Origin: Nymphaea colorata
Taxonomy: Eukaryota
Reading direction: 5' to 3'
Length of the DNA stretch: 64,000 bases
Assembly: GCF_008831285.2 (NCBI RefSeq)
Contig: NC_045138.2
Coordinates: forward strand, 4,402,001 to 4,466,000
The stretch's first letter is position 1. Every line of letters starts with the position of its first letter. This document shows, one piece after another, positions 1 to 13,756 of the stretch. Position numbers and translations under genes: made by a program. The notes under the pieces are model-generated. The model saw only the letters and a program-made list of their open reading frames with translations, searched no databases and was not told where the DNA came from.

Positions 1-669
1 GTTTTGGATGGAATTCTAATATATTTCATTCATGAACCGTGTAGCCATGAGTTAACCTCGACAGTTTTTTTTTTAACATATAAAACGATAAAGTTGAAAA
101 GCCATTTAAAATTGTTGAGATTTATTTCCGAACATATGAAACCTAGTTGTCTTTAGGAGCGGTATGCAAAATATGGTTAATTATAAAAATAAAATGAATA
201 AAGAATTTTCATCGAACCAACCTTGGAAACATGATACACCAACACGCGTTAACAGCTTTCCGAACTACTGAACTTGAATCTTGAATAATCTCAACTAAAA
301 TTGATATGGAATGGTATAGACGCTCGATACTCCACAGGGCTTACATGAAGACGCGCACACACAATATATATATATATATATATAACCACTGACAGGGTAA
401 ATGAATTTTATTAGATGGTTAAAATTTAAAAATTTGTTCTTACACACAAATATTAACGTGCGGGAGTAGGTGTGGGTGTTGCCCATATAAGTCTACAAAA
501 AATATTTTATTTTCAGAATGAAACTTCACTTCATTTTTTCTCATTCACGCCTTTAAAATTTAAAATTACATAATTCATGCCCCTTTACCAAAATTCTCTG
601 GTTCTGCAGTCCACAGTTTATGATTGACTTTATTGATGAATTTTTAAAGCTACCTGGCATCTATTGATT

Positions 670-674
<5 letters not shown>

Positions 675-732
<58 letters not shown>
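675..732. repeat. (TA)n microsatellite
   Basis: Uninterrupted TA run seen directly. Other TA, GA or TG tracts lie at ~1052-1121, 2090-2116, 10022-10116, 16723-16870, 20402-20432 and 45312-45350. Confidence 0.95.
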
Positions 733-737
<5 letters not shown>

Positions 738-1052
738 CCATAACTACCTCATCTTTGCATAGGCCCCAAGCATTAAAGTTCGGCTTTGGCTTGCACATTA
801 ACCATTGATGCGTGATTGCGAGTGTGACGACATGGTTCCTACCATATTAACTCTTTCATTTATTTCAACCTGAAGGCCTTGAATTGAATCTCTAGCTAAC
901 TGCGCATAGTTCTTGCTAAACACGTGCTAATAACACACACCAAACTAATAACTTTAAGTATCTTCAATACACCATATACTATAGACTTCCAGGCGTAAAA
1001 AAATCAACAATTACATTATTAGCTGAGTAGACGATAATATATTCGGGATATA

Positions 1053-1122
<70 letters not shown>

Positions 1123-2086
1123 TTATTTTTCCAAGTTCAATTATGGAAAAATATATATAAATGCAAACTACATGTCTAAAACGTAAAGGCTTAAAAACCA
1201 TGGTTTTCAAAAATGTATGACCAATTAAAATAAAAAACCAGCCTCGTTTTAATTTTTATGTAATATTATCTACCCATTTCAAATATGGGATTTTTAACCC
1301 CACCGAATTTTAAATGCAAAGACCACGTCCTTGAAGTAGATCGCAAAAAAAAGGAAAAAAACAGTGGAATTGTTCAAAATGAATATGGTACATCACATAT
1401 ATGTTGTGTATACTACTAGATTTTGTCTTAAGGTTACATCACATATCTGTTGTGTATACTACTATAACCATGGCAATTAATGTTATCTCTTGATTTAATG
1501 AGTGCTGGAATAATTTCAATTATCGTAGGCCTAGTGCTTATGTGTATATACAAAAAGTATAAATACAACTTACTTTTGCTAGATCTTAGGCCCCAGACAA
1601 ATTAGTAAAAGCGCCGTGGTCGATCGAAAGTACTAGATGTGTCCTTCCATTACAAAGAAGTAATTTTTTTTTTCCCTTGATCACAGCGGGATTTGAGCCA
1701 TGTTAATCTGCACAGAAAATATCAAGCATTGAAAATAATCTAACAAACGACTAAGAAATCCAAATTTTTAAACGAAAAGCACTAAAACTTTTCTTTTCTG
1801 CGTCCAAACTATCAAGACTCGCACATGAAATATGCAACGAATCCTCCATTATTGATCCAGAATATGCATAAAATGGTGGCTTCAATGCTTCGTTGTTAAA
1901 AATTTCAAGGTATATGTTCTGCCATTACTGAGGAGGCAAAGTATCGAATGAAAAATGAAACCCCTCTCCTTTCTGACATCACCACATCATCATCGTATTC
2001 CAAACAGAATCCGAACGGTGCTCTCTATTTTTAAGGCCATTAAAGGAATTTGAAAAGGCCTGCATGATCCTATTTTTCCCCGTTCC

Positions 2087-2117
<31 letters not shown>

Positions 2118-2216
2118 GCATCCCTTACTTTTTCTTCCTTCACTGAGTAAATCCGTCAATTAAATTTAATTTTGGTTCATCAAAACGCGTTAACAGCTTT
2201 CTACGGTGGAGCATGG

Positions 2217-2281
2217 CACGTGTTAGGACATGCAACCACACACAGGCAGAAACAGGAGACAGAGCAAAAACGACCTATAAA
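2217..2281 (+). promoter_or_regulatory. Seed/ABA-type promoter of the LEA gene: G-box/ABRE, RY element, TATA box
   Basis: CACGTG at 2217-2222, CATGCA at 2229-2234 and TATAAA at 2276-2281, about 65 bp upstream of the ATG. ABRE plus RY is the established combination for seed LEA genes. Confidence 0.65.
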
Positions 2282-2344
2282 GCCACGGCGAGCTCCATTT
2301 CCCCTCCGTCAGAGGCACGGGGTAGTCGACTCACCTGGGGAACA

Positions 2345-2602
2345 ATGGCGAGCAAGGATCAGCATCCTAAACAGCAGCAGCAACTCAGGCGGCCGGAACA
2401 GGCAGCCGGGCAGGAGGAACTTCCGCTGGAAAGCAGCCCCTACGTGAAGCACAACCTAGAGGAGTACAAGCAGGAGGCCTACGGGACGCAGGGCCACATG
2501 CAGCCGGTGGACAGGGGCGCCGGCAGCACGGACGCGCCCACTCCATCAGGCGGCACGTTGCCGGAGAGCAAACTAGGCGCCGTCAGGCGTGCTGCTCCTT
2601 AG
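2345..2602 (+). CDS. Late embryogenesis abundant protein, LEA_6 (PvLEA18-like) family, 85 aa, intronless
   Basis: GC-rich ORF from the ATG in aacaATGG context: MASKDQ...LPLESSPYVKHNLEEYKQEAYGTQGHMQP...GAGSTDAPTPSGG. It matches the LEA_6 motifs LP.ESSPY, LEDYK..YG..GH and TDAPT.SG. The in-frame upstream ATG at 2213 lies before the TATA box. Confidence 0.88.
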   Translation: MASKDQHPKQQQQLRRPEQAAGQEELPLESSPYVKHNLEEYKQEAYGTQGHMQPVDRGAGSTDAPTPSGGTLPESKLGAVRRAAP

Positions 2603-5600
2603 ACCTAGTGGGTCTTTCCCCCCATATTTATATGTTTCACGCCTTAATTTCCTTCCTTCTTTCTTTTGTTCCAGAGAGAAGAACAAATAGCAAATAGGAG
2701 AGATGCATAAGTCGAGCATTAATGGCAGCACTTCAATGATGTGGTGGCGTTTCACCTGCCATAAGAATCGACTTTGCTTCTTCATCTGCTTTTTTGTGAA
2801 GTTGCCATTGACGTACTTATTTCTGCTTTACAAACTGTGCATAGATTCAGGCTAAATCATCCCCTCATGACATGCATGGCTCTAGCTCTATAAATATTGA
2901 CCAATTCACGCTAGATCATTGGCTCAGGCATTTAAAATTAGGTCCTAAACCTTCATATGTTGATAATTTTTTTTTTTTAGAAAAATGACGTACATACGCC
3001 TGGAAAAAATTGTTCTGTAGTTCAAGAAAAATGACTAAATCCTTTGTTGTATTGGACATGCAACCGTATGATTGAAGTTATAATTGCTAAAGATGATTTT
3101 TTTTTAAGTAGGAAACTAAAAAAATGATGCCAACAAAGAGAAATCAAGTGTACACATAGAAATCAAGAGGCCAGCCAAAAAAAAAAAAAGCAGAACACCA
3201 TTCAAAAGCGGAGCTGCTCAAGTACTTCCACTTATTACCATAAGCATCAAACACCTTCCAGATCTTAGTTTTGTTAATTAATCCATATCACAAGAATGGC
3301 ATTTTTGAGAGCGGTCTGAAACCGTTGCTAAAAGGTTGGGCGACCGTTCCTAAAGGTAATTAGGAAAGGTCAACCTTGACCTCCCTTCCTACTGCTGGTC
3401 AAGACTTTGATGGGTGTCGAGTCTGTCTCTCTCTCCCTTTCCGCAACTGAATTGGATGGTAATCTTCCCCGTTCATACCATACCGACCATCACCCGAGTC
3501 ACCATCACTTCCGTTGGACAGTGGGTTTCCTTTTTATTGTGTTCCTTGTATACTTTGTACACTTCTAAAAATGAATGTTAAGGATGTTATTGTAAAATAA
3601 TATAAATTCTATCATTTCCTTACCTTTCTATCCAAACAAGCTTTATAATCACATCTTTTCTTTTCTCTCCTTTCCTTTTCCTTCCTTTCTCATTCTCTTT
3701 CCCTCCCTTTCTTTTCCTTATCTTTTCACTCCTCCCTTTCCTTTCATTTCCTTTCCCTCCATCCAGACAAAGTGTAAAGAAAAGAAATTAAGTCATGTTA
3801 TCTTAGTATATATGCAAGTTTGTATTTAAGATTATCATCAAATTTAATACAACAAGAACCAAGTTTATCCATATTATGGATGCTACGAAAAAATTACATG
3901 ACCTAATTTAAGATGTTAGATGATTGAAAGCCAACTATATGAGTAAAAGAAATAATATTACACTCATTTTGAACATGTCACTAGTGGAAAACCATTGCTT
4001 ATAAAAGTTTTTCTTAGTTATAGAAACAATTAAAACCATTTCAAAACTTGAATGCTACAAATTTAAGTTCTTTCAAAATTTTAGTGCAAAATGAATCTGG
4101 ATTTGAAATTGGTTGTCGCACTCCCTTTGTTTTACACTTATCTTGCAGAAGAAGAAGCTCACATAAAAAGAGATTATTTCCTTCCTCCCCTACATTATAG
4201 GACTTAAAACGGATTTTTTGACATAAGGTACTATGGCTTTTGTGCATAGATATTTGTCCTTATTTATAGGCTAGCAACCATGAAGCTTTGAGAAACGGTG
4301 ACAAGTTTTTTTTCAAGTCAGTGGACCTCAAATCAGTCTCGTCTTTGCAGCTCCTTATGTAATTCTCTTTTATCAAATCACAAACATTTGGTTTATGTCA
4401 TTTCTTTTCTGCGGTGTAGGATTTCAACCTTTTATTTCTAAAATTTTTCCCTTCTCTGTTTGAAACCAGATTCACTTTCAGATTGATTTCTTTAAGACTT
4501 AAAATTAGATTTACTCCACTTTATTGTTTACCTGAAACTGACACACACATTTAATGTTAGACAGTTGAATACTAAACAGATAATGAATAACTCTCACCCT
4601 CAATCTTTTACAAATCCACACAGAGAAAAAGGTAGTTGGGCTTTTTTGTCAGTGTTAGTCCACACCTTTGTTTTTTGTTTTTCTCTCCATCGTCGATCTG
4701 AAAAGCAAGGGTTAAAATTGTTCCTTAGTCATCTATGATCTAAATTTCTAAAACCTAGCAGTCTCTCTCTCTCTCCGTACATAAGAGTTCAACACTGCCG
4801 TGTGCCCATGTTTTTAACAGCTAAAATTTAAAAATTTGTCACACGAGAAGACAACCACTGAATTGGTATTAGCCATGATTTGTGATGTAAAGATTGTATG
4901 CATTGGCTTTAGTGACAATTTATTGTCTTCTTAGCGTTGAATTTTAAATTTTGTCCATTTGGCGACTACCCATCACCCAGCAGAATTCACCGCTCCCATA
5001 TATGAGAACTTAAATCTACCTAGAAGCACTGCAAACCATCGATAAGCATCATGAACCGTTGCTAGACTATAAACCATCGCTAATTTTAACTACAAATTTT
5101 TTTATTTTTAGCAATTTGCCATCGTCCAACATCCAATAGGTTTGAATTCCCATATAAACAAGGTATTAAGCATAGAGGTAAGTTCAAAGGTGGCCTTCAT
5201 TAAAATTTCTGTCACCTCAGTTATGATTTAAACCAAAATTAAATTTAATTGACGGATTTTGATAAGGCAGGCAACCTTTCAAAAAATAATATTGAACGGA
5301 CACATTTTCACAAAAAACTTATGAAGAGTCATGACTTTTATAAAGTCAGCCGCTTTTTCATGACAGGCGGTCTTCGTAAAGTTTAAAAATGTAAAGGCAT
5401 GTATCTTTAGAATTAATATATTGTGACCAATATTCTTAATTTTTAAAAATGATAATATTTTCATTACTGTGTTTTAACGCCCGTGTATGCAAGTGGTGGA
5501 AGACCACATACAAGACAAGGCAAAGATTGTATGAGGGTATGGCCATGCTACTAGGTTTAGAGTTATTCATATTAAATTCACCAATTACAATCGAATCCAG

Positions 5601-6311
5601 AATGAATTTTTTTAACCATTTAAAACAACTCTGTGCTCACACCCATATTGACAGGTACACACCCCTCATGTTCGTGAAGGATCGCGGCTCATTCTTCACC
5701 ATTGCAAAAAATGGAAACTACTTCAACTGATTCAACATTTCCAGTTAGCTTGCTACCAAAGCATGCCAACAAAACTATGATATTGAGCTTTTGACCTCAA
5801 ATCCAACTCTCTAGCCAAACAGGTGGTGGTCAACACAATATATTAAACACATCCACATGCTCAGAAGCGCTCCATACTTCAAACTGAGCAGGCCGCCTTA
5901 AAAGAATTCCAAGTAAAAATTAGTCCCCGTTTAATAACAAACGTTCCTATACTGTAGAAACAGCAAGATAACTGAATGATTAAGGCATTTATGCTTGAGG
6001 AAAAACCAGAATATGCATCGTCAGCATGTTTAGGATAATAAAATCCAACAAGCTCATATGAATAAAGAAATTGATTGTTTATGTCACACACTTGTGGAAA
6101 AACCAGAATATGTATCACGAACTTGAAATTTTCCACTATGCGTCTATGCCCCTCAGATTGTCCTTGCTGAGATCTTGAACTTGATACAGTCATTGCTTGT
6201 ATGTATAATGTATTCCAAAAATTGTTGACAATTTGAACATAATTAATGTCAGGTGGTTTTATATATCTTTTTGATGAAACTTTTAGCAGTAATACAATTG
6301 GTTTGATTCAG

Positions 6312-6690
6312 TAAACGAGTTAAACGAGTCGAGCTCGACTATTAGTTTAATTCTTAAACGTTAAACGAGTTAAACGAGTCAAGCTCGACTAAACGAGTTA
6401 AACGAGTTGAGCTCGACTATTAAACAATTAAACATTAAACGAGTTAAACGAGCCGAGCTCGAGCTCGACTATGTATAGTCGAGTCGAGTTCGAGCTCGTG
6501 TTAGGAACTCGACTCGAGTTCGAGTTCGAGTTCGAGCTCAAGTATTTTGAGCCGAGTCGAGTTCGAGCTGGGCGAGCTCGAGCTCGACTCGGCTCGTGTG
6601 CAGCCCTAAGGCCTGGTACCCGGCCCGGCCTGGCCCGACAATATTATCGGGCGGGCCCGGGCTTTAGGCCCAGCCCGATGCCCACCCCTA
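6312..6690. mobile_element. Two abutting ends of non-autonomous hAT-like elements (GAGCTCGA-rich and GGCCCG-rich subterminal repeats)
   Basis: Dense AAACGAGT/CGAGCTCGA repeats end in GTGTGCAGCCCTA (6608). These are followed by GGCCCG repeats ending in GCCCACCCCTA (6690). Both read TAGGG... on the minus strand. Related pieces occur at ~47680-47870, 48807 and 61526-62110. Confidence 0.65.
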
Positions 6691-8556
6691 AAACGACACA
6701 TAGAATTCATAGACATATAAAGGTTTACTTTCAAAAGAGCAATGAACAATATACCACAAAATGCACATCAAAAGTCCAGTCAGTTTGAGTCAAGAAAGTA
6801 TTATTCTACTTTGGGTTTGCTCTTCACAACTTAGTAAAACTTTAAATGAGAGTCAACAATGCATATTACAAATACAATACAATGAACTCATTAAAGGTTC
6901 AATTTGCCTAAACAATTACAAAAAGTTCAATGAAAATTAAAGCAGCCAACAACCCACTGCCTCGAGCCAAGCCCAAAATCTAAACCCAAACTCTGTCCAA
7001 GTGTACAAGGGATGCCAACCTCCACACATGCATGGTTTGACATTTTATGCATATCTAGCATTAGTTCATTTGGTTCACGTCTTTCATCTTCAAACAATAA
7101 GAGTGTGCTTGACAATTAATCTCAGATTTCAATTCCAAAGCAGATCTAGCTAAGATCCCTTTTATGTGGGATGCACCGTGGAAACAAACACTGGATTTTA
7201 CTACTATGTAGAAAAAAAATGATTTGTTTCCCATGCACTTATGGCAAAAGCATCAGATTTGAGGTTGAATGGAATGAGATCTGTCATCAAATTCATGAAT
7301 CTGAGATTCTAGTGATCTCAAATCTGAGGTTACCAAACGCTCCATAAAGGACTTCACTTATTGTCAAACAGAAGTTTTTGTTCATTACACAAACAACATG
7401 CAAGTAATACACAAAGTAGAAACAATGAAGCACTTTACCTCTTATTAGTTTGACCTAACCTACCTCAAGAAGCACTTAAATGTTTTTTGAATTTCCAGAT
7501 CAGAATACAAGGAATTCGACTGCCTTTGTGTTCAAAAATTGACTGGTATGTTGAGTGCTATAATTAAAAATAAGTTCTTGCTGCATTGATTCCTTGACTT
7601 GAACAAACTCAACAAATTGCATACGGTCAAATCAAGTGTGCCACTCTTAATTTCATACTCTAAGTGTGATATTAGGCAATGAAATTGATAAAGTTGAGAT
7701 TAATGATATGTTAATTGAAATTAAACACTTAATGGAGTTGGTAATGGCTGACTTAGCCATTACCTAGTGATGGCCTTGATCAATCTAGGCAACTCAGGTG
7801 GCCAGTCCATTTCTACCAAGTTCATGGTGTGCAGTCGGGTATGTGGTGGCCAACTATGTCTAGCAGTCACCGGGTTCGTGTTGGTGGACTTAGTTGAGGT
7901 TGGTCAGACAGGCTTATCTGGTTGGGGATTTAAATTGTTACTTCACCCAGATTTTCTTCTAGCCTATGTACTTCTGAATTGTCCATGTTTGCATGTTGTA
8001 TTTGGAGATGTATTAAGTTCTTAGAGGACATTTGTTTGACTTGATCTAAAATCCCCAGGATTTAATAACTATGGACTTAAAATCAGTCAGACTTTCCTTA
8101 TTCTGATCTTAAATTTGACATCTTCTTAATGTAGAAAAAAGGTGAAGGATTTGAGGATCCTTAGTTTCATGAATGATCAGTTGTACCATAGATGTTTTGT
8201 CACATCAGTCAAAAAACATGTCATATCAGATTTATATCAAATAGTCCAAATTTGAAGGAATCAAGTGACTTCTGAGAATTCACCCATTGCAATTGATTTA
8301 TAAAGGAACGGGTTAGGTGTTAAACACCTATAAATTTGTTGTCAATTATGACATGTATTTTCTTCTTATTCAACTTTTACTGACATCTTACTCCCATTTA
8401 TTTTTATGTCATACGTAGGTTAGTAGATTTGGTGGATCTAATTTTTACAATTGTGGAAAAACTTTATATTGGTGGATCTAGTTATTTATATATATTTTCT
8501 GGAAAACTTTATATGTTGGTTATCAAGATAGCTAGTTGTTGATAGAAAACGATCTT

Positions 8557-8591
<35 letters not shown>

Positions 8592-9084
8592 ATTACATTT
8601 TGAATAAAAGACAAATTTACATGTGAAAAATATGGTCCATCTTTTTGTTTTTATGGGTCATGTCACATATTCTCCTGTCTTGCCCTAATGTAGGTCATGC
8701 ACTTTAACCATTTTTCGTGATAAGTAGTGCAACCGGTTAGGTTGAATGTGATATTGTAGTTATATTAGTAATTCAAATCTTGGAAGGTGCTATTCACCCT
8801 TATAGATGTTCTTGTCTCTCTCTCTTCGTTTTTAGAATACAGAAAATAAACAACCAAGCATCTAAAACAAGCTCACCATCACCATCATTTTATTTATCAA
8901 TCTCAATAATAACATTGAGCGCTAGAAGTTTTTTATTAATCAAATGAATAAAACATGGAAATATGACTGGTAAGACACATAGAAAATAAAGATAGCCCAT
9001 GCTTGCTACCTGCCTTTTACTTTAACAGGCCAAAGGAGACAAACCATATTACCCTAAAAAATAAGGGAAAAAAAAAAACTCGTT

Positions 9085-9368
9085 CAAGAACTCATTCCAA
9101 GTGTCGGGCAGCCCGTGCAGGCACCAACAGATACAGTTAGCATAAGTCTTGGGGTCGGCCTTCTGCTCGGGGTTCAGAAGCTTGCCTTACCGGATTGTGT
9201 AAACCAATGTATGTGCGTCTTTCCGGTACTTGGACAGGGTCACCAGGTTTACGAAAAACACTGGAACCTTCATTGAGGAGCTCAAGTTCTCGCCACCACT
9301 AAGAGTCGCTGGTCCATTCCCACCTCCAAGTGTGAGATGTTTTTCGGGATCGGCGTGGTATCCAACGA
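9085..9368 (-). pseudogene. Fragment of a TBL/ESKIMO1(TBL29)-like polysaccharide O-acetyltransferase, C-terminal part
   Basis: My minus-strand translation with two frameshifts gives SLDTTPIP / HLEVGMDQRLLVVA / SMKVPVFFVNLVTLSKYRKDAHTLVYTIR*GKLLNPEQKADPKTYANCICWCLHGLPDTWNEFL. This matches the TBL RKDAH and DCxHWCLPGxPDTWNE motifs. There is a premature TAA at 9187-9189. Confidence 0.85.
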
Positions 9369-10037
9369 GTTCGGGTTGAACGAGTCCATGCCCCTACAAC
9401 ATCCAACATTATTATTAAGGGGAAAAGTTGCTGGCAATGCCGGCCGTGCCCCTTCTACCTGACCAATCTTCTTTACAAATTAGTTTTCAAGAATATGTTA
9501 CATTTTGGCGACAAAAACAGTTTGTTGCAATTTGTTCTAAAGTTAGTGTATTTATGTAAAACATTGTAATACAATATTTTATGAGTCCGCTTCATTCTTT
9601 AAAACAAATTTATGAAGCCATCGGGAGTAGAAAAATGAGTGCTTAGGCCTTCAACACTTTTTAGCATATTTCATTTGGTTTAGTAACAAATGAAGTTTTA
9701 ATTTGCAACGTAAGTCTTACAATAATAAATCAGAGAAGTCCTTATGGACAGGGGCAAAGCAAAGGAGCCCCCTTAAGATTTTTGAAAAATAAGATGTTAT
9801 ATGTTGGAGAGAATTTACATGACACTTCAAAACCAGGTTTTTTGGAATATTTACACGCTCAAAACCTAATTTTGTAAACTAGAGCAGAAAAGCTGGTAAA
9901 AATTCATATAAACTAGATTTTGGGTGTTCCACCCAAACAAATAAACAAATTTTGAAAACTCATTAGAAACCTTAGGTTTACATAAAAAACTTTTCAAAAT
10001 TTGTTTGGAACATGGTGCCATCAGAATGACCCTTTAA

Positions 10038-10092
<55 letters not shown>

Positions 10093-10142
10093 TATGTGTG
10101 TGTGTGTGTGTGTGTGTTTTGTGCCTTATAAAAAAAAGCCCC

Positions 10143-10557
10143 TAAGGATGTCAATGAATCGGATTCAAATCCGATATATCCCTAATTATATATGCTATTT
10201 TGGATATTCATATATTCGGATTCAAATTCAGATTCGAACACGAATAAAGAAAAGTCATATCCAAATCTGAATCTGAATACGAATCTGATTTTTGTATTCA
10301 TATTCAAATCCGAATCCCAATTTTGAACTGGATTTTATCAAATTTCAAAATATAATAGCATTAGATACAAGATAGCTGTCTAAAAATGAATCAATCCAAA
10401 TTCATCTCCATATTTGATTGGATATTTTTATATATCCAAATCCGAACCAGATCGAATGCCATTTATTAAATCTGATTCCAATCTGATCCGATTTCTTAAT
10501 CAAATATTAAACTTTTTCTATATTCAATCGAATATCTGATTCAATTTGACATCGTTA
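10143..10557. mobile_element. Non-autonomous hAT-like element with (A)ATCCGA/TCGGAT subterminal repeats
   Basis: TIRs TAAGGATGTCAA ... TTGACATCGTTA. No clear TSD. A diverged sibling lies at ~13357-13756. Confidence 0.6.
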
Positions 10558-12686
10558 GTGGCCCATGTAAAAATATTTTGAGAATTAAACTCTGTGTTAC
10601 TATTATAAACATGGATTGAGACATATGTGACCGCGGGGATGTATATTAGTTCATCATGGACCCATCGGGTCAGAAATCTGATCACATTTAGATCCAAAAT
10701 CTTATTGGTGGACCAGGACCTGCCCCTAGGGAGAATGAGACAAGCTCTGAACTGTCTGATTACGGATCGAACCTGTTGCATTATGGACCCATGCAGACCC
10801 GGAACCATGACAGCCGACGCATACAGGATCTCTCTGTCCCCCATTACGTGGATCCCCCTCACTCCCCATGTGCAACATTTTTATTTCTCCTCAGCTAGAT
10901 ATTAGAAAAATGTGATTTTCCACGTAGATCTTAGGTCATCAAGGAAGAAAAAGAATGAAGCGGTACACTAAAATTTTATTATTTTAATATTATAATTTTT
11001 TTTAAGGAGATATGGTGCTTCGAGACTCGGGATCTTATGTACCGAAAACCGGATCCATAGATTCCCTTTGTTTTGGTAGAAAATGGTGACAAAGAACAAA
11101 TTAAGAAAGAGGAATAGAAACGGATTGGGACCCATTGGGACAAAGGGGATTTGACCAAATTTTCAGCATCCTTTCATACGCCACCGGCCTCTCGATCTCG
11201 TCATATTCCGTGGAGCCATTCTCTGCCGGTTTCGGCGAGAAAGAGATCAGTAAGAGGAAACAAATATGAGTCACCCCCAGCAGTTCCCTTCCTTATGAAC
11301 TTCAATCCAAAAGCATAATAACTTACAAAACTTTCTTCTTGAATGTGAATGTGTTCTTCCACCAGATATATGTATTGAAGATCAGGTAACACATATATAT
11401 ATATAATAACGAGCTATGCCCAGTAATGTACTGAATATTGCCAAAGCAACTTATTTTAGAGGATCCTTTTCCGCATTAAATAGTTTACAGCAACAGCTAA
11501 AATTTGGCTTCTTTCATGCATATTTGATAAGTATGCACTCTAACGGTACATGTTCTCATGGTATATTTAATATATTATGTTTTCATCAGAATGAAAGGTC
11601 TTTAAACAAAAAGAGAGAAAACATATGAATGGAAAGAAAAATGGGGCAAAAAACTTTCCCTATAAATAAGAATATATAAAAAAAATGATGATATTTTTGT
11701 ATGTTGTTATTAAAATATTATTACTCAGGTATCATTATTAGATTACTATTTTTGATATTATAAATTATTACCATCATCATCATCAGCTAAAATTTGCTTC
11801 TTAAATACCCTATTGATTTTCTTATTAAAGATTTTGATATAGAGAATATATCGTTTAATTAATCCGATCCAACAACAATTTCAGTTCCAATTGGATTCAA
11901 CCAATTCTTAGAATCATGAGCTTTCGGATTTGATTCAAAAATGATTTTGTTGACATTAACGATACCGATTTAACCAGCTAGGAGACATGTCAACTTTCAA
12001 CTTTGTACACCATACTTTGAGTGAGAAAATTATTTTCTACAATTAGTAGGCCGCACGCCAAGCTTTTTTTTTTTGTATAGTAGGGGTACTCATTCAATAC
12101 TTTTAATTTCTTTAGAGCACTTATATATATAACAATCAAATATATCAAAACATTACATATATATATATATATATAACTAATTTTGTGAGGTTGATGTCGG
12201 CAAGCCAGTGGCGTGTGGAGCTTCAACAAAAAGCAAAAAGCATTACCTACTCTCCAGTCACCACAGCTCTTTTCAGGACTACTTTAAGACCTAATTGGGT
12301 AATGGAATACCTATAAAAGAAGCACCGCACGCCCACACTTTACAGTCCAACGAGTTTCAAGAAAGTGCACACAATAGAAAAGTTGTTGCTTATATTCATT
12401 TGCCTTCTATTTTGGAGAAGTAATAGCTTCAGGGGCAAAGATAAATCATGGGGCCTATGCCCCATAAAACCTACTTTTTGAAAGCTTAATTCAGTGGTTA
12501 GATCTAGGTAGACTTAAGTCCAGTTATGGGGGCAACCCTTCAAGACCTAAGTCACTGCCCCACGACTCATTAAAAATTTCTTAACTATATATTTAGTGTC
12601 TCCTAAAAAACAAAAATTGTGGCTCTACACTTGAATGGCTTTTCTCTTGTTAAGTGAATTTGGATCTGCCTATGATGGGCAGATCA

Positions 12687-12724
<38 letters not shown>

Positions 12725-13356
12725 ATAAAGCCCCCACAGTATAAAATTTTTTATGCTCTATTTGGCCTCCCAATTATTCCTCCCAATTATTTAACTTTCA
12801 CTAAGCTAAAAATCTAGTGATAGTTGGGTTGATAATAGATCTTGTACAGCTAAAAATGTCAAAAACTACGGCGCTGAAGCCAACACTTTTGCATCTAACT
12901 GATGAAAAGTGGTCCTCAAGGAGTAGAATGTTGCTTCTTTTCTTCTTTTTCCTTTTCTTTTCAGCAGGTGGTCAGCCACTTGTTAGCTTTTCACACAGAT
13001 TGATATCTTATCTCAAAGAATGCAAAGGAAAATTTGTGAATAGTCCAGGTTCATCAGGGTGTACTTCCATCTGTTCAGAGTCGTGGGGTTTGTTTGTGCC
13101 AGTTGGATCTGGATCCAGTTCTTTATCATTTGTATGATTTATATGATTATTTTTTATTATTATAAGCCCCCATTAAGTATAAGTATAAGGCCATTTACTG
13201 TTACAGTTTCAATTAGGACAATACCATTTGTTAATATTATACATCATAGCCATCCCCTCATGTGGATGTATGACTTTTAGGCATCTGCGTAGATGGTGAG
13301 GCCGAGACTGAAATGGTTTGTAATTTCCTCGAGTATAAAAAAGTTTTATCTCTACA

Positions 13357-13756
13357 TTGATGTTAACGAATCAGACAACCCCTAATTGTATCTATTTTTT
13401 CGGATATTCACATTTTAGGATTCAAATTCAGATTCGAATGTGAACAAAGAAAAGCCATACCTGAGCCCAATCACAGTCTGAATCTGATCCTAAACAGATC
13501 TTTACATTCATATTTGAATCTGAATCCGAATTTGGCTATTTTCCAAAATGTAAAAAGTATTAGATGTGTGATATTTATTTAAAATTAAATTTGATCCAAA
13601 AAATGAATCCAATTGAACAACTATATACTTGAATTGATTGGTTGTCATTTCTTAAATTTGAATCCGATTCAATTTTTTAATCGAACATTAAAAAAAATTT
13701 CTTTTCAAATGGTTCGATTAGATATCGGATCCAAATTGGATATATTGACATCTCTA
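13357..13756. mobile_element. Diverged second copy of the 10143-10557 element family
   Basis: Shares GGATATTCA..GGATTCAAATTCAGATTCGAA..AAAGAAAAG with the first copy and ends in TTGACATCTCTA. Confidence 0.55.

Noticed and set aside
5450..6200. Possible LINE remnant (similar hints at ~32200-33070, ~43000-43800 and 59600-59830)
   Set aside because: Only vague motif resemblance; cannot be supported without a translated search.
6312..6608. Short regularly repeated motifs superficially like a CRISPR array, and ORF 6471-6788
   Set aside because: Irregular subterminal repeats of a plant DNA transposon with no unique spacers and no cas genes. The ORF is only a translation of the repeats.
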